A stretch of DNA of 64,000 nt from a candidate division WOR-3 bacterium. Lineage in GTDB: Bacteria > Hydrothermota > Tepidihabitantia > Tepidihabitantales > CAIPLT01. This document shows, piece after piece, positions 47,636 to 57,972 of the stretch (position 1 is its first letter; each line of letters starts with the position of its first letter). The stretch is from the NCBI GenBank assembly GCA_039801505.1, contig JBDRUV010000001.1, positions 275,681-339,680 of the forward strand. The letters are read 5' to 3'. Position numbers and translations under genes: made by a program. The notes below the pieces were generated by a model. That model was not told the origin of the DNA. It saw nothing but the letters and a program-made list of their open reading frames with translations, and made no database searches.

Positions 47636-47905
47636 TTATCGGCCAACTCTGGTTGGTGGTTTCGGAGTCGAGGGTTCAGTAGTAGTTTTGGGGGCTGGGG
47701 TTTTAGGCTTGTGAAAATCCTCCATATGCTTTTGGAAATCAGCCTTCAGTTGTTCAATCGCAGTCTGTTGCTCGGCCAGTTTGGTTTCTAGTTGTTTTAT
47801 CTGTTCAGCCTGCTTATCGAGCTGGGTTTTTATCTCTTGCGGCGCTTGGCAAGAGACGACAAATAAAAACGCTAATGCTATTGATAATAGAGCTAGGTAC
47901 CGCAT
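47636..47905 (-). CDS. Small coiled-coil lipoprotein with a Pro/Thr-rich C-terminus
   Basis: Signal peptide with a VVSC lipobox; QLDKQAEQIKQLETKLAEQQ coiled coil. Confidence 0.4.
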   Translation of the reverse strand: MRYLALLSIALAFLFVVSCQAPQEIKTQLDKQAEQIKQLETKLAEQQTAIEQLKADFQKHMEDFHKPKTPAPKTTTEPSTPKPPTRVGR

Positions 47906-48483
47906 ATCCTACTCCTTTCTTTGATTTTAGCGGACATATCTCCGCTTTTTGATATTATATATTGGTTAATATTATTTGTCAAGACCTTTTTGGGATTTTG
48001 TTTCTTTTGGGGCAATGTTTGGATATTTGGGGGCTTCAGTTTAGTTATCTTAGCGCCTAATTCCATAATTCGTGGAGCCAAATACGACCGGTTGATAACT
48101 GGTGTTACATTTGGAAAGATGCTAATTATTAATAATATTACTAGCCAAACCACGATTAGCCCCTTGATAGCTCCAAAAACCAAACCTAAAAGTTTATCAA
48201 GCCAACTGAGTAATACCAAGCTTACAATTTTTTTAAGGATCAAGCCGATCAAATAAACTATCACATAGGTAACTAGAAAAACAATCATGAACCAGATGAT
48301 CTGATAAGGTGGTTTGGGAGCCTGCTTGAAGAACAGTTGCCAAATTACTAAGTATTTTTTAGCCGCCAGATATACCCCCAGAATCAAACCTAAAATTATC
48401 GCAGAACTTTTAACTAACCCCTGTTTTACCCCATTAACGATAGAGATAATAACAATAACAACAATTGCCAAATCAATAATCAT
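47893..48483 (-). CDS. CvpA-family membrane protein (colicin V production protein-like)
   Basis: MIIDLAIVVIVIISIVNGVKQGLV...LGLILGVYLA matches the CvpA N-terminal pattern. Start trimmed from 48552. Confidence 0.5.
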   Translation of the reverse strand: MIIDLAIVVIVIISIVNGVKQGLVKSSAIILGLILGVYLAAKKYLVIWQLFFKQAPKPPYQIIWFMIVFLVTYVIVYLIGLILKKIVSLVLLSWLDKLLGLVFGAIKGLIVVWLVILLIISIFPNVTPVINRSYLAPRIMELGAKITKLKPPNIQTLPQKKQNPKKVLTNNINQYIISKSGDMSAKIKERSRICGT

Positions 48484-48566
48484 TTGCCTTAGATTGTAAC
48501 GCATATCGACAATTGTGTCAATTATTTTTTCTTGACGATCATCGGTTTTCAAAGTATAGTTTTTAT

Positions 48567-49205
48567 ATGAAGAAACATCTGGGTTTATTGCTTGTAATTT
48601 TTAGTATTATCAGTATTAATTTTTTATGTGGTGATACGTTATTTGACATGGTACGAGAAAAATACCGTCAGGTTTATTCTTTGCATGGCAATTTTTATCA
48701 GACAATTTGTTCTGAAAATTATGGAACCTGTCAGGAATTTTCAGGAAAATTTTATATTTTAAGACCTTATTACACCCGACTTGAGGTTGCCTCGCCGCAA
48801 AGGCAGCTTATTATTTCTGATAGTCTTAACTTATATATCTACCTTATCGATCAAAAGCGAATTTATGAGCAAAGTAGTGAATTAAGTTACAATTTCTTTA
48901 AACTTTTTGATGCTTTTATGAATGAAAGTCAGAGGGTTATAAAGCGTAACGAAGAAGACGGTTTAGTTTATTATACTTGTGTTAACCCCAAAGATTCTCT
49001 AAATTTAAGCAGCACAGTTTCTTTCGAGAATTTTGTATTTGGCATTAATAAAAAAAGCAAATTAATCGAAGCTTTTAGCTTTGTTACTCCGAGCAGCGAT
49101 GAGGTGACATTTAAGCTATCAGCCCTTAAGGTTAATGAAAAGATTCCTCGTAAAATGTTTTTGTTTAAAATTCCCCAAGGAGTTGAGGTCATAAAATTAA
49201 AATGA
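48567..49205 (+). CDS. LolA-like periplasmic lipoprotein-carrier fold protein (hypothetical)
   Basis: Signal peptide MKKHLGLLLVIFSIISINFLCG; size and beta-rich composition resemble LolA/LppX. Start trimmed from 48513. Confidence 0.35.
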   Translation: MKKHLGLLLVIFSIISINFLCGDTLFDMVREKYRQVYSLHGNFYQTICSENYGTCQEFSGKFYILRPYYTRLEVASPQRQLIISDSLNLYIYLIDQKRIYEQSSELSYNFFKLFDAFMNESQRVIKRNEEDGLVYYTCVNPKDSLNLSSTVSFENFVFGINKKSKLIEAFSFVTPSSDEVTFKLSALKVNEKIPRKMFLFKIPQGVEVIKLK

Positions 49206-49597
49206 TCGTTAAAAATACCAACTATTGTTTTGCCTGTGGTAGTGAAAACCCCATAGGGTTGAAATTAAAATTTGCGCCAACATCCAATGGGGTTGAAACA
49301 AAATTTGTTCCCGGTCAGCTTTATGAGGGTTTCCAGAATATTATTCATGGAGGCATTATTGCCACGGTATTAGATGAGGCAATCGCCTGGGCTTGTCGAC
49401 GATTTGGGGTTGATGCGGTAACCGGCGAGCTAACTGTGCGCTATAAGAAACCTCTGTTTGCTAATACTCTGGTGCATGTTGTTGGACTTATTGAAGCCCA
49501 GAGAGGGAAATTACTTTACGGCAGGGCATACATAAGAGATACCAACGGGACGATAATTGCTAGTGCCACAGCCAAAATGGTCCGGGCTAATCAATAA
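49202..49597 (+). CDS. PaaI-type hot-dog fold thioesterase
   Basis: CFACGSENPIGLKLKF and the catalytic GG..A...D region are typical of the PaaI/YbgC thioesterase family. Confidence 0.7.
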   Translation: MIVKNTNYCFACGSENPIGLKLKFAPTSNGVETKFVPGQLYEGFQNIIHGGIIATVLDEAIAWACRRFGVDAVTGELTVRYKKPLFANTLVHVVGLIEAQRGKLLYGRAYIRDTNGTIIASATAKMVRANQ

Positions 49598-49615
49598 AAA
49601 CTTCGGTTACAAAAC

Positions 49616-50944
49616 TTGAGAGTTGCAGTTATTTCATTGGGGTGCCCGAAAAATTTAGTAGATTCCGAAGTAATTATAGGATTATTATTAAAAAACCGTT
49701 ACTCGTTAACCAATAAGTGGCATAGTGCCGATGCTGTAATTATTAACACCTGTGCCTTTATCAAATCGGCTGTTCGGGAATCTGAACAATGGATTAAGGA
49801 GGTATTAGCGTATAAGAAATTTGGACATATAAAAAAAGTTATTGTTACTGGCTGCCTTGTAGAAAGGTACCGTGAAGTATTACTTAAAAAATTTTCTGGT
49901 CTAGATAGCATAGTAGGAATTAATGAAAATCACCGGTTGCCACAAATTCTAAAAGCCGCACCGGAAAAAATACTTATTTCCTCACCGCCTTCTTCACTAT
50001 ATACATTTCGAACTCCCCGGTTGCTAACTACAAATTCTTTTGCTTATGTAAAGATTGCTGATGGTTGTAATAATTTTTGCAGCTACTGCCTTATTCCTAG
50101 CCTTCGGGGCTATTTCCGGAGCCGGGCGATTTCTGATGTCGTAAATGAAGCACAGCACTTAGTAAATCAGGGGTTTAAAGAACTCGTGCTTGTTGCCCAA
50201 GATACAACATTATATGGTAAAGACTTATATAATAAGTTAGCTTTATCGGATTTGCTAAAACAATTAACAAGGCTTAAAAATTTGGTCTGGCTTCGATTAT
50301 TATACACCCATCCTGCCCACTTTACCGACGAGTTAGTTGAAGTTTTTCGAGATACCCGGAAGTTGTGTCGGTATGTTGATCTGCCCATTCAACATATTTC
50401 TAATAGAATCCTAATTTTAATGAACCGCAAATATACTGGCCGAGATATTAGAATACTTTTAGATAAGTTGTATAAAATTCCTGAAATGGCAGTTAGATCG
50501 ACGGTAATTGTTGGATTTCCTTCTGAGACCGATAAGGAATTTCAAAAGCTTTTAGATTTTATCAGTGAAGCTCGATTTACCCATTTGGGCTGTTTTATGT
50601 ACTCACGAGAAAAAGGACCCAAAGCATACAATCTCCCGAAGCAAATACCTTGGCGTATTAAAAAACAACGCTACAATGAAGTTATGCGGCTTCAGAGGAC
50701 AATTTCTGAGGTGCGGTTAAGAAACTTTATCGGAAAAGAAATCCCAGTAATTATCGACGAGAAACTTACCAGTAATGATTATAGATATAAAGGACGCACT
50801 GAATTTGACGCTCCAGAGATTGATGGTGCGGTATATATAAAATGTTCTAGAAAAACCGCTCCCAACATTAATATCGGAGATATTATCAAGGTTAAAATTA
50901 CTGCGGCAGATAGCTACGATCTATTTGGTGAAGTGTCCACCTAA
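49616..50944 (+). CDS. rimO: Ribosomal protein S12 methylthiotransferase (MiaB-like radical SAM, C-terminal TRAM domain)
   Basis: MRVAVISLGCPKNLVDSE N-terminal MTTase domain; CNNFCSYC radical-SAM cluster; TRAM domain. Confidence 0.85.
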   Translation: MRVAVISLGCPKNLVDSEVIIGLLLKNRYSLTNKWHSADAVIINTCAFIKSAVRESEQWIKEVLAYKKFGHIKKVIVTGCLVERYREVLLKKFSGLDSIVGINENHRLPQILKAAPEKILISSPPSSLYTFRTPRLLTTNSFAYVKIADGCNNFCSYCLIPSLRGYFRSRAISDVVNEAQHLVNQGFKELVLVAQDTTLYGKDLYNKLALSDLLKQLTRLKNLVWLRLLYTHPAHFTDELVEVFRDTRKLCRYVDLPIQHISNRILILMNRKYTGRDIRILLDKLYKIPEMAVRSTVIVGFPSETDKEFQKLLDFISEARFTHLGCFMYSREKGPKAYNLPKQIPWRIKKQRYNEVMRLQRTISEVRLRNFIGKEIPVIIDEKLTSNDYRYKGRTEFDAPEIDGAVYIKCSRKTAPNINIGDIIKVKITAADSYDLFGEVST

Positions 50945-52011
50945 AATGTTTTTAAATATTTATTACCGGGAAGTTGTTTGATAAGCCCTTTGATTTCCAG
51001 GGAGAGTAATTGCGGCAATAAAACTTGCATCGTGGTTTTAGTAAGTTCGGCGATCTCATCAGGATACCGGGGTTCGTCACTAATAGCGTTAAGAATTTGT
51101 TTTTCAAGGTCCGATAAAGGCACTTCTTTTTTAGTCTCATTGGTGTAAGCAATTTTAAGCTCCTCACAAATATCCTCAATGTTCGTTACGGGCTTGGCAC
51201 CATCTTTTATTAGTTGATTAGTTCCCCCTGAAGTGCTTTTATCAATTGCCCCAGGTATGGCAAAAACTTCTTTCCCTTGGTCTAATGCCCAGTTTACAGT
51301 ATTTAACACTCCGGAGTTTTGTGGTGCCTCTACAGCTAAGACTCCAAGGGCCAGTCCGCTGATAATGCGGTTGCGTTTGGGGAAATTCATAGCTAACGGC
51401 GGCGTGCCCAAATTGAACTCCGATATTACAGCACCATTGTTACTAATTTCTTCGTAATATTTTTTATTCTCCGGTGGGTAATAAATATCAATGCCGCATC
51501 CTAACACGGCAATTGTTCGACCTTGAGCCTTTAATGCCCCAAGGTGGGCATGAGTGTCGATTCCCCGGGCTAGACCACTTACAATTGTTATGCCTAAATT
51601 AGCTAGCTCATAAGCAAATTTTTCCGCGACCATGCGGCCATAAGCTGTCGGTCTTCTTGTGCCAACGATTGCTAGCGACCGGCTGTCCTTTTCGGTAATT
51701 GTTCCTAACACAAATAATACCGGTGGTGAATGGGCAATGTGCCGTAAGTTTTTGGGATAACTATCGTCAAGATAAGATATAATTTTGCCGCCTAACAGCT
51801 GCAAGCGCTTGTGCTTTTCTTCGGTTTCCTTACTGCGTTGGTAATGTTTTATAGCCCGGGCAAGCTCTTCATCGATACCTTTGATTTCTAGTAGCTCATG
51901 TTTCGACGCATTAAAAATATTTTCTGGATTTTTAAAGGCCGCAAGGAGATTTTTAACCTTAGCTTCGGTCATGCGCGGAATCTCGTAGAGATCAATAAAA
52001 AGTTCGTTCAT
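50941..52011 (-). CDS. dprA: DNA-processing protein DprA (Smf)
   Basis: Rossmann-like DprA core LAIVGTRRPT.YG; C-terminal winged-helix region. Confidence 0.85.
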   Translation of the reverse strand: MNELFIDLYEIPRMTEAKVKNLLAAFKNPENIFNASKHELLEIKGIDEELARAIKHYQRSKETEEKHKRLQLLGGKIISYLDDSYPKNLRHIAHSPPVLFVLGTITEKDSRSLAIVGTRRPTAYGRMVAEKFAYELANLGITIVSGLARGIDTHAHLGALKAQGRTIAVLGCGIDIYYPPENKKYYEEISNNGAVISEFNLGTPPLAMNFPKRNRIISGLALGVLAVEAPQNSGVLNTVNWALDQGKEVFAIPGAIDKSTSGGTNQLIKDGAKPVTNIEDICEELKIAYTNETKKEVPLSDLEKQILNAISDEPRYPDEIAELTKTTMQVLLPQLLSLEIKGLIKQLPGNKYLKTF

Positions 52012-52964
52012 AATAGAGTTTTCAGGTATTCTTTAAGTTCCGAAATTCCCTCACCGGTTAACGCTGAGACATAAAAAGTGGGTAGGCCGGTATAAACCTT
52101 TCTTACCCTTTTTACCAAATCTATCTTATTAAAAACCACAACCTGCTTTTTTTGAAGGATTTCCGGATTATAACTTTTAATTTCATTCCTTAAAATCGTG
52201 AGATCGTTAAGAGGATCCTTTTGGGAAATATCAATTACATAAATAATAATCTTAGTCCGCTCAATGTGTCGCAGAAAAATTAAGCCTAAACCCTTACCTG
52301 CTGATGCCCCTTCAATAATTCCAGGCATATCAGCAATGGTAAAATAAAGCGATTCGGATTTTAGGACCCCGAGGTTGGGGGTTAGGGTTGTAAAAGGATA
52401 ATCCGCAATTTTGGGATGGGCGCTAGTAAGTTTCGAGAGAAGAGTTGATTTACCAGCATTGGGAAGACCAACCAATCCAATATCAGCAATTAACCTAAGA
52501 ATTAGTTTCAAACGTCGTTTCTCACCAGGTTCTCCTTTCTCTCTAATGCGTGGCGCTCGGTTAGTGGAACTGGCAAACGCCCGGTTACCCCGTCCGCCGC
52601 GACCACCTCGGGCCACAAGTAATGTTTGGTTGGGCTGTAGAATCTCGCCTAAAAATTCATTGGTATCGGCATCATAAACATCTGTTCCCAGAGGGACTGG
52701 AACGTAAACATCTTTACCATTTTTGCCGTCACAGTTTGAGCCTTTACCGTGTTGACCGCGTTGGGCCTTGTATCGGCAATGATACTCTAAATCAGCTAAG
52801 GTTTGTAAGTTGGGATTACCTACAAGATACACCGAACCGCCTTGACCGCCATTACCGCCATCCGGACCACCGCGTGGTACAAATTTCTCACGCCGAAACG
52901 AGATACAGCCATCACCCCCGGCCCCAGCCTCGACTTCGATAACAACCTGGTCAACAAATTTCAT
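52008..52964 (-). CDS. obg: GTPase Obg/CgtA
   Basis: Glycine-rich Obg fold N-terminus (GGDGG..GGNGG.GG); G-domain GLPNAGKST, DMPG, NKID. Confidence 0.9.
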   Translation of the reverse strand: MKFVDQVVIEVEAGAGGDGCISFRREKFVPRGGPDGGNGGQGGSVYLVGNPNLQTLADLEYHCRYKAQRGQHGKGSNCDGKNGKDVYVPVPLGTDVYDADTNEFLGEILQPNQTLLVARGGRGGRGNRAFASSTNRAPRIREKGEPGEKRRLKLILRLIADIGLVGLPNAGKSTLLSKLTSAHPKIADYPFTTLTPNLGVLKSESLYFTIADMPGIIEGASAGKGLGLIFLRHIERTKIIIYVIDISQKDPLNDLTILRNEIKSYNPEILQKKQVVVFNKIDLVKRVRKVYTGLPTFYVSALTGEGISELKEYLKTLL

Positions 52965-53440
52965 GTTTTAATCTTTTTGCGTAGCGCCTCAATTACTGGT
53001 TCCGGCAAAAATTCTTTTAAATTGCCACCCAGTCGGGCAATCTCTTTTACTAAACTGGCTGACAGATAGGCATATTCTTCTGAGGCTAAAAAGAAAATCG
53101 TTTCGATTTGCGGTGAGAGCTTGCGGTTCATAAAGGCCATCTGAAATTCATAGTCAAAATCAGAAATGGTTCTTAGACCTCGGATAATAGTACAGGCGCG
53201 TTCTTTTTTGACAAAGTCGACCAATAATCCTGTAAACGGCTTAACGACTACGTTGGACAGATGGCTGGTTGACTTTTGGGCTAAGGCTATGCGTTCCTTA
53301 AAAGAAAACAATGGTTTTTTTTCTTTGCGATAAGCGATCGCTACAATAATTTGATCAAAAAGTTTTAGGGCTCGGGTAATAATATCAATGTGGCCATTGG
53401 TTATCGGATCAAAGCTACCCGGAAATACAGCTTTTTTCAT
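52961..53440 (-). CDS. coaD: Phosphopantetheine adenylyltransferase
   Basis: FPGSFDPITNGH (HxGH-type nucleotidyltransferase); 159 aa. Confidence 0.9.
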   Translation of the reverse strand: MKKAVFPGSFDPITNGHIDIITRALKLFDQIIVAIAYRKEKKPLFSFKERIALAQKSTSHLSNVVVKPFTGLLVDFVKKERACTIIRGLRTISDFDYEFQMAFMNRKLSPQIETIFFLASEEYAYLSASLVKEIARLGGNLKEFLPEPVIEALRKKIKT

Positions 53441-53443
53441 AGG

Positions 53444-53989
53444 TTACTCCTTAGAGGTTAAAATGGTAATTAAGGTGTTTTTATATTGTTTGCGTTTATA
53501 AACATTAAAATCCTGAGGAATTTCATACTCTTCACTAATATGACTTTCCACCACTATAATACCTTGCGGTTTTACTAACTGATATTGGGCAATTTTTTTA
53601 AGCACTGGGGCAATGAGATTTTGGTTATAGGGAGGATCTAAATAGATAATATCAAATTTTTCGTTAATGTAGCTCAATGCTCGGCGAGCATCGGCTTTGA
53701 TCACTAAAGATTTATTTTCAAGCCCTTTTAGATTTTCATAAAGATACTTAAGCGTCGGTTTGTGATTTTCAATAAAAACTACCTTCTGAGCTCCCCGGGA
53801 AATTGCCTCGATTCCCACCGAGCCCGCGCCAGCAAAGATATCGCAGAATACAGAATTTTCTAAAAGTTCTGGAAAGTTCGCCGTGATGATGCTAAACACT
53901 GCACCGCGGAGCTTGTCGGTTGTCGGACGAATGTCATGTGTCGGATAACGCAGTTTTCGGCCCTTAAGCGTTCCAGCAATAACACGCAT
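53444..53989 (-). CDS. rsmD: 16S rRNA m2G966 methyltransferase
   Basis: DLFAGSG SAM motif and DPPY catalytic motif; 181 aa. Confidence 0.85.
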   Translation of the reverse strand: MRVIAGTLKGRKLRYPTHDIRPTTDKLRGAVFSIITANFPELLENSVFCDIFAGAGSVGIEAISRGAQKVVFIENHKPTLKYLYENLKGLENKSLVIKADARRALSYINEKFDIIYLDPPYNQNLIAPVLKKIAQYQLVKPQGIIVVESHISEEYEIPQDFNVYKRKQYKNTLITILTSKE

Positions 53990-54087
53990 CGCTTCAGTAT
54001 ATAGTTAGTTTCAGGATATTGTCAATATGAGGTTATTTTAAAATCTGGTAAGTCTAACGGTATAGCCTTAAGGCTTGGATTACAGGC

Positions 54088-54130
54088 CATCCCCCAGACC
54101 GTATCGGGTACGGGGCGTGCTGAGGGGTGT
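54088..54130 (+). repeat. GC-rich hairpin element, copy F (CCATCCCCCAGACCGTATCGGGTACGGGGCGTGCTGAGGGGTG)
   Basis: Contains CCGTATCGGGTACGG, which is the reverse complement of the copy D core. Lies in a divergent intergenic region. Confidence 0.45.
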
Positions 54131-54244
54131 TTCCGAAAGAGGCATTTAAGGGTTATTAATACTAAGTAGTTTTTAATTACCACGGCGTTCATACTTTAAT
54201 AAGATGCCGAAAATTAACAGTTTGGGGAAATAATTTTGTTAGAC

Positions 54245-54272
54245 TTGACAATCAAGAAAGCTTGGTCATAAT
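54245..54272 (+). promoter_or_regulatory. sigma70 promoter TTGACA-16-CATAAT for the YbbR-like gene
   Basis: Hexamers at 54245-54250 and 54267-54272; AAGGA SD; ATG at 54289. Confidence 0.35.
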
Positions 54273-54288
54273 AATCTTTTAAGGACGC

Positions 54289-55209
54289 ATGAGACTACTA
54301 AAATTTTTCTTTTCAGATTTTAGCGCCAAATTTGTAGCCTTGCTACTCGCAGTTTTTATTTGGATTTTAGCGGTGCTATTTCGAACCAATAAAATTACAG
54401 TGAACATACCAGTTGAATTTAGTAATCAGCCCAGTGAAGTTGTGATCACTGAATACTCGCCAGATAAAGTTACTCTTGAACTAGAAGGTCAGGGTAGCGA
54501 GTTAGTTAAATTGATCTTTAAGCAACCCAAATATAGACTGAATCTTATGGGGCTAAGATACGGTAGACATTTTTATCGAACAAACCCAGCCGATGTGATC
54601 GTGCCGGCTGCAATCTTAATTAAATCCTTAGCCCCGGAGACGATTTTTCTAAAAGCCGATTTTTTAGCCCGAAAACCGGTTAAAATTTTTGTACCGTACA
54701 AAATTGACTTTTCCCCAGATATCTATATAAGTGAAGTTAAGGTATTAGAAGATGTAATCTTAGAAGGCCCGGAATCTAAGGTTACTCAGATCTGGGAACT
54801 AGAGACCGAAAGTTTACGGATAACCAGTAAAGAAAGCCTGCCGGTATATAAGCGATTACAAGTATTATTGCCCGAGAAACAAACCTTTCGCGTCAGACCA
54901 GAGTCGGTATTAGTAAGTGTCCAGTTAGAACAGAAAATAACTAAAACTTTTGACAGTATCCCTATACAATTAATTCGACCGAGCCAAGCGGTAATAAAGA
55001 TCAACCCGGCGTTAGCTAAGCTTACGATCAGTGGCCCGGAAAGTAAGATCAACAATCTAAGTCCGGACGAGATTATTATTCAAATTAATCTTTCAGAACT
55101 CAAGGCGGGGCGTTATAAACTACCAGCCGAGATAGTTTTGCCGAAAAATATTTATTTAGAAAGATGCGAACCAAAACTTTTTGAAGTTGAAATTCGCGAG
55201 CACCGATGA
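54289..55209 (+). CDS. YbbR-domain protein (CdaR-like)
   Basis: N-terminal TM, then three YbbR-like repeats. Confidence 0.55.
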   Translation: MRLLKFFFSDFSAKFVALLLAVFIWILAVLFRTNKITVNIPVEFSNQPSEVVITEYSPDKVTLELEGQGSELVKLIFKQPKYRLNLMGLRYGRHFYRTNPADVIVPAAILIKSLAPETIFLKADFLARKPVKIFVPYKIDFSPDIYISEVKVLEDVILEGPESKVTQIWELETESLRITSKESLPVYKRLQVLLPEKQTFRVRPESVLVSVQLEQKITKTFDSIPIQLIRPSQAVIKINPALAKLTISGPESKINNLSPDEIIIQINLSELKAGRYKLPAEIVLPKNIYLERCEPKLFEVEIREHR

Positions 55210-56192
55210 TTTTCTTAGGCATCGAAACCTCTTGTGACGAAACCGCGGTTGGGATTGTTAGCCAAGAAGATACTCGTGAAAAAATTCTTAGTAATATTGT
55301 ATCGTCGCAATGGGTTCATCAGCGTTATGCCGGGGTATTGCCGGAGTTAGCGTCGCGAGCCCATATTCAATTAATTGTTCCGGTACTCAAAACCGCCTTA
55401 GAGGTTGCCAAGATAGATTATTCTGAGCTTGACGGTATTGCTGTGACTTATGCTCCAGGTTTAGTTGGTGCACTCCTTGTGGGGCTATCTTTTGCTAAGG
55501 CCCTTTCTATTAGCATTAATAAACCATTTGTCGGAGTCAATCATCTGGAAGGCCATATCTTTGCTCTTTTTCTTTCGCATCCGCACATTGAATTGCCATT
55601 TATTAACTTAATTATTTCCGGGGGCCATACTGAGCTTATATTAGTCAAAGGCCGATGTGAATATCAGGTTTTAGGTTCTACGATTGACGATGCCTGTGGT
55701 GAAGCTTTTGATAAAGTAGCACGTATGCTCGGTTATTCTTATCCGGGAGGGGCATTTATCGAAAAGCTAGCTGAAAAGGGAAGACGAAGCATTAAATTTC
55801 CCATGCCGAATGTTCCGAAATTAGATTTCAGTTTTTCAGGACTAAAGACCGCTGTGCTATATTTTATAAGAGAAAATCCTGATTATCCCAAAGAAGATAT
55901 CGCTCGAAGCTTTGAAGATGTGGTGATTGATTTTTTGTTAAAAAAGATTACCGACGCAACTAAATTATACGGAATTAATCGGATTGGGGTCTCAGGCGGT
56001 GTGGCAATAAATAAACATTTACAGCAACAGTTTCTGCGCTATGGGCAAACTAATAATATAAAGTTTTATTTTCCTCATCCCGCATTGTGTATGGATAACG
56101 GCGCAATGATTGCCCTAGCTGGTCTGGAGCGTTATCAGCGATTTGGGCCTTCGAGCTTAAATTTAGGACCAATTGCCCGAATCAAACTTTAA
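55206..56192 (+). CDS. tsaD: tRNA N6-adenosine threonylcarbamoyltransferase
   Basis: [18 protein letters not shown] Kae1/TsaD N-terminus; HLEGH metal motif. Confidence 0.9.
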   Translation: MIFLGIETSCDETAVGIVSQEDTREKILSNIVSSQWVHQRYAGVLPELASRAHIQLIVPVLKTALEVAKIDYSELDGIAVTYAPGLVGALLVGLSFAKALSISINKPFVGVNHLEGHIFALFLSHPHIELPFINLIISGGHTELILVKGRCEYQVLGSTIDDACGEAFDKVARMLGYSYPGGAFIEKLAEKGRRSIKFPMPNVPKLDFSFSGLKTAVLYFIRENPDYPKEDIARSFEDVVIDFLLKKITDATKLYGINRIGVSGGVAINKHLQQQFLRYGQTNNIKFYFPHPALCMDNGAMIALAGLERYQRFGPSSLNLGPIARIKL

Positions 56193-56305
56193 CCCTGTCG
56201 TTGCTTATGGGTTGGGTCCCGTTTGCAGATAACACGTGTGACACCTTTGCGCTTAACAATCTTGCAGTGGATACACCGCTTTTTTATTGATGGTTTGACT
56301 TTCAT
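56189..56305 (-). CDS. rpmJ: 50S ribosomal protein L36 (38 aa), missing from the ORF track
   Basis: Reverse complement reads GGAGG-N7-[41 protein letters not shown], a zinc-ribbon L36. Lies directly downstream of infA and overlaps the tsaD stop by 4 bp. Confidence 0.8.
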   Translation of the reverse strand: MKVKPSIKKRCIHCKIVKRKGVTRVICKRDPTHKQRQG

Positions 56306-56326
56306 ATTGGCCTCCAATTTTATTTA

Positions 56327-56545
56327 TTACTTAAATCTATAGATAATTCTTCCCCGATTTAAATCATAAGGGGAAAATTCAACAGTAACCCGATCACCAG
56401 GAAGAATTCGAATATGATACATACGCATTTTGCCGGAAATGTGTGCTAACACCTTATGGCCATTATCTAATTCCACTCGAAACATCGCATTTGGTAAGGC
56501 TTCAATCACAGTCCCTTCTAAAGTAATGACGTCCTTTTTCGGCAT
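56327..56545 (-). CDS. infA: Translation initiation factor IF-1
   Basis: 72-aa S1-like OB fold; MPKKD...[18 protein letters not shown]. Confidence 0.9.
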   Translation of the reverse strand: MPKKDVITLEGTVIEALPNAMFRVELDNGHKVLAHISGKMRMYHIRILPGDRVTVEFSPYDLNRGRIIYRFK

Positions 56546-56547
56546 AA

Positions 56548-57300
56548 TTATTCTTTAGTTAAAATTTCTGCGTCATTTTCGGTAATTACAATTGTATGTT
56601 CAAAATGAGCCGATGGCAAGCGGTCCTTAGTGATTATTGTCCATTTGTTTTGTGCTGTAATTACTTCAGGTCGTCCCATGTTAACCATGGGCTCGATTGC
56701 TAAGGTCATACCTTTTTGTAGTTCAGGCCCGTCATTTGGTCTACCAAAATTCGGGATTATCGGCTCTTCATGGAGATAAATTCCTACACCGTGGCCACCG
56801 AGTTCTTTAACCACCGAGAAGCCATTTTTTTCCACATGCTCTTGGATTGCCGACGAGATGTCACCGATCCGATTTCCAACTTTGGCCGCCTTAATTCCTA
56901 AGTACAAGGCTTCTTCAGTTACTGTAAGTAATTTTTTGATTTCAGGTTCAATATGATTGCCAACATGAAATGTTTTGGCACCATCAGCGTAAAAGCCGTT
57001 TTTAATTACTCCCACATCAATTTTCACTAAGTCACCTAGTTTAAGCCGTCGACTGTCCGGTATACCGTGGACTACCTCTTCATTTATACTAATACAAACT
57101 GCCGCCGGGAATCCTCGGTACCCCTTGAAAGCTGATATAGCCTTGTGCTTTTTAATACATTCCTCGCAAATTGTTTCAAGTTCTGTGAGCGTAACATCAG
57201 GTTTAATAAAATTCTCAATGTGGCGTAGGGTTAGAGCGACTATTTTTCCGGCCTCTCTGATTCCTGTAATTTCGGTGGCTTTTTTAATAAGAATTGCCAT
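56548..57300 (-). CDS. map: Methionine aminopeptidase type I
   Basis: Pita-bread fold with metal ligands D, D, H, E, E; 250 aa. Confidence 0.9.
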   Translation of the reverse strand: MAILIKKATEITGIREAGKIVALTLRHIENFIKPDVTLTELETICEECIKKHKAISAFKGYRGFPAAVCISINEEVVHGIPDSRRLKLGDLVKIDVGVIKNGFYADGAKTFHVGNHIEPEIKKLLTVTEEALYLGIKAAKVGNRIGDISSAIQEHVEKNGFSVVKELGGHGVGIYLHEEPIIPNFGRPNDGPELQKGMTLAIEPMVNMGRPEVITAQNKWTIITKDRLPSAHFEHTIVITENDAEILTKE

Positions 57301-57302
57301 AT

Positions 57303-57947
57303 TTACGCCAAGCCTAAAATTTTAATGATTGCCTGATGCACACGATCCCGGCCTGCACTACCATCGACTATATGCATTTTGTTAGAATTTTCATAATAAG
57401 ACTTTAATTCTAGAGTTTGGTTACGATACACGTTAAGTCTTTGGCGGATTACCGTCTCGGTATCATCTGTTCGTTGGATTAACTGGGCTTGACAGATATC
57501 ACAAACTCCAGCTGTTTTGGGCGGAGTAAAACCTAAGTTATAAATTGCCCCACAATTTGAACAGATTCGGCGTGCCGTAAGCCGGCGAACAATTTCGTCA
57601 TCTGATAATTCGATAAAAATAACAAAGTCTACTTGGCCATTTAACTCGCTAAGAATTTTATCTAAGCCCCGGGCCTGTGGTAAAGTTCGAGGAAATCCGT
57701 CAAAAATAATGCTGTGATTTTGATTTTTTATTATAAAATTTTTAGTAATTTCTAGAGTGATTTCATCGGGTACAAGCCGACCTTCTTTAACATACGCTTC
57801 AGCCATAATTCCAATGGACGTTTTTTTGGCTATTTCATCCCGGAAAACATCACCAGTTGAAAAATGTACAAAGTGATACTTTGAAACCAAAAGTTCGGCT
57901 TGTGTACCTTTACCACTGCCAGGTGGCCCACTTAAAATTACGTTCAT
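57303..57947 (-). CDS. adk: Adenylate kinase (long form with a zinc-lid CxxC...CxxC)
   Basis: P-loop GPPGSGKGTQ; lid domain CSNCG...CDIC. Confidence 0.9.
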   Translation of the reverse strand: MNVILSGPPGSGKGTQAELLVSKYHFVHFSTGDVFRDEIAKKTSIGIMAEAYVKEGRLVPDEITLEITKNFIIKNQNHSIIFDGFPRTLPQARGLDKILSELNGQVDFVIFIELSDDEIVRRLTARRICSNCGAIYNLGFTPPKTAGVCDICQAQLIQRTDDTETVIRQRLNVYRNQTLELKSYYENSNKMHIVDGSAGRDRVHQAIIKILGLA

Positions 57948-57972
57948 AGTGTTTATTCTACTTTAAGTGCCT

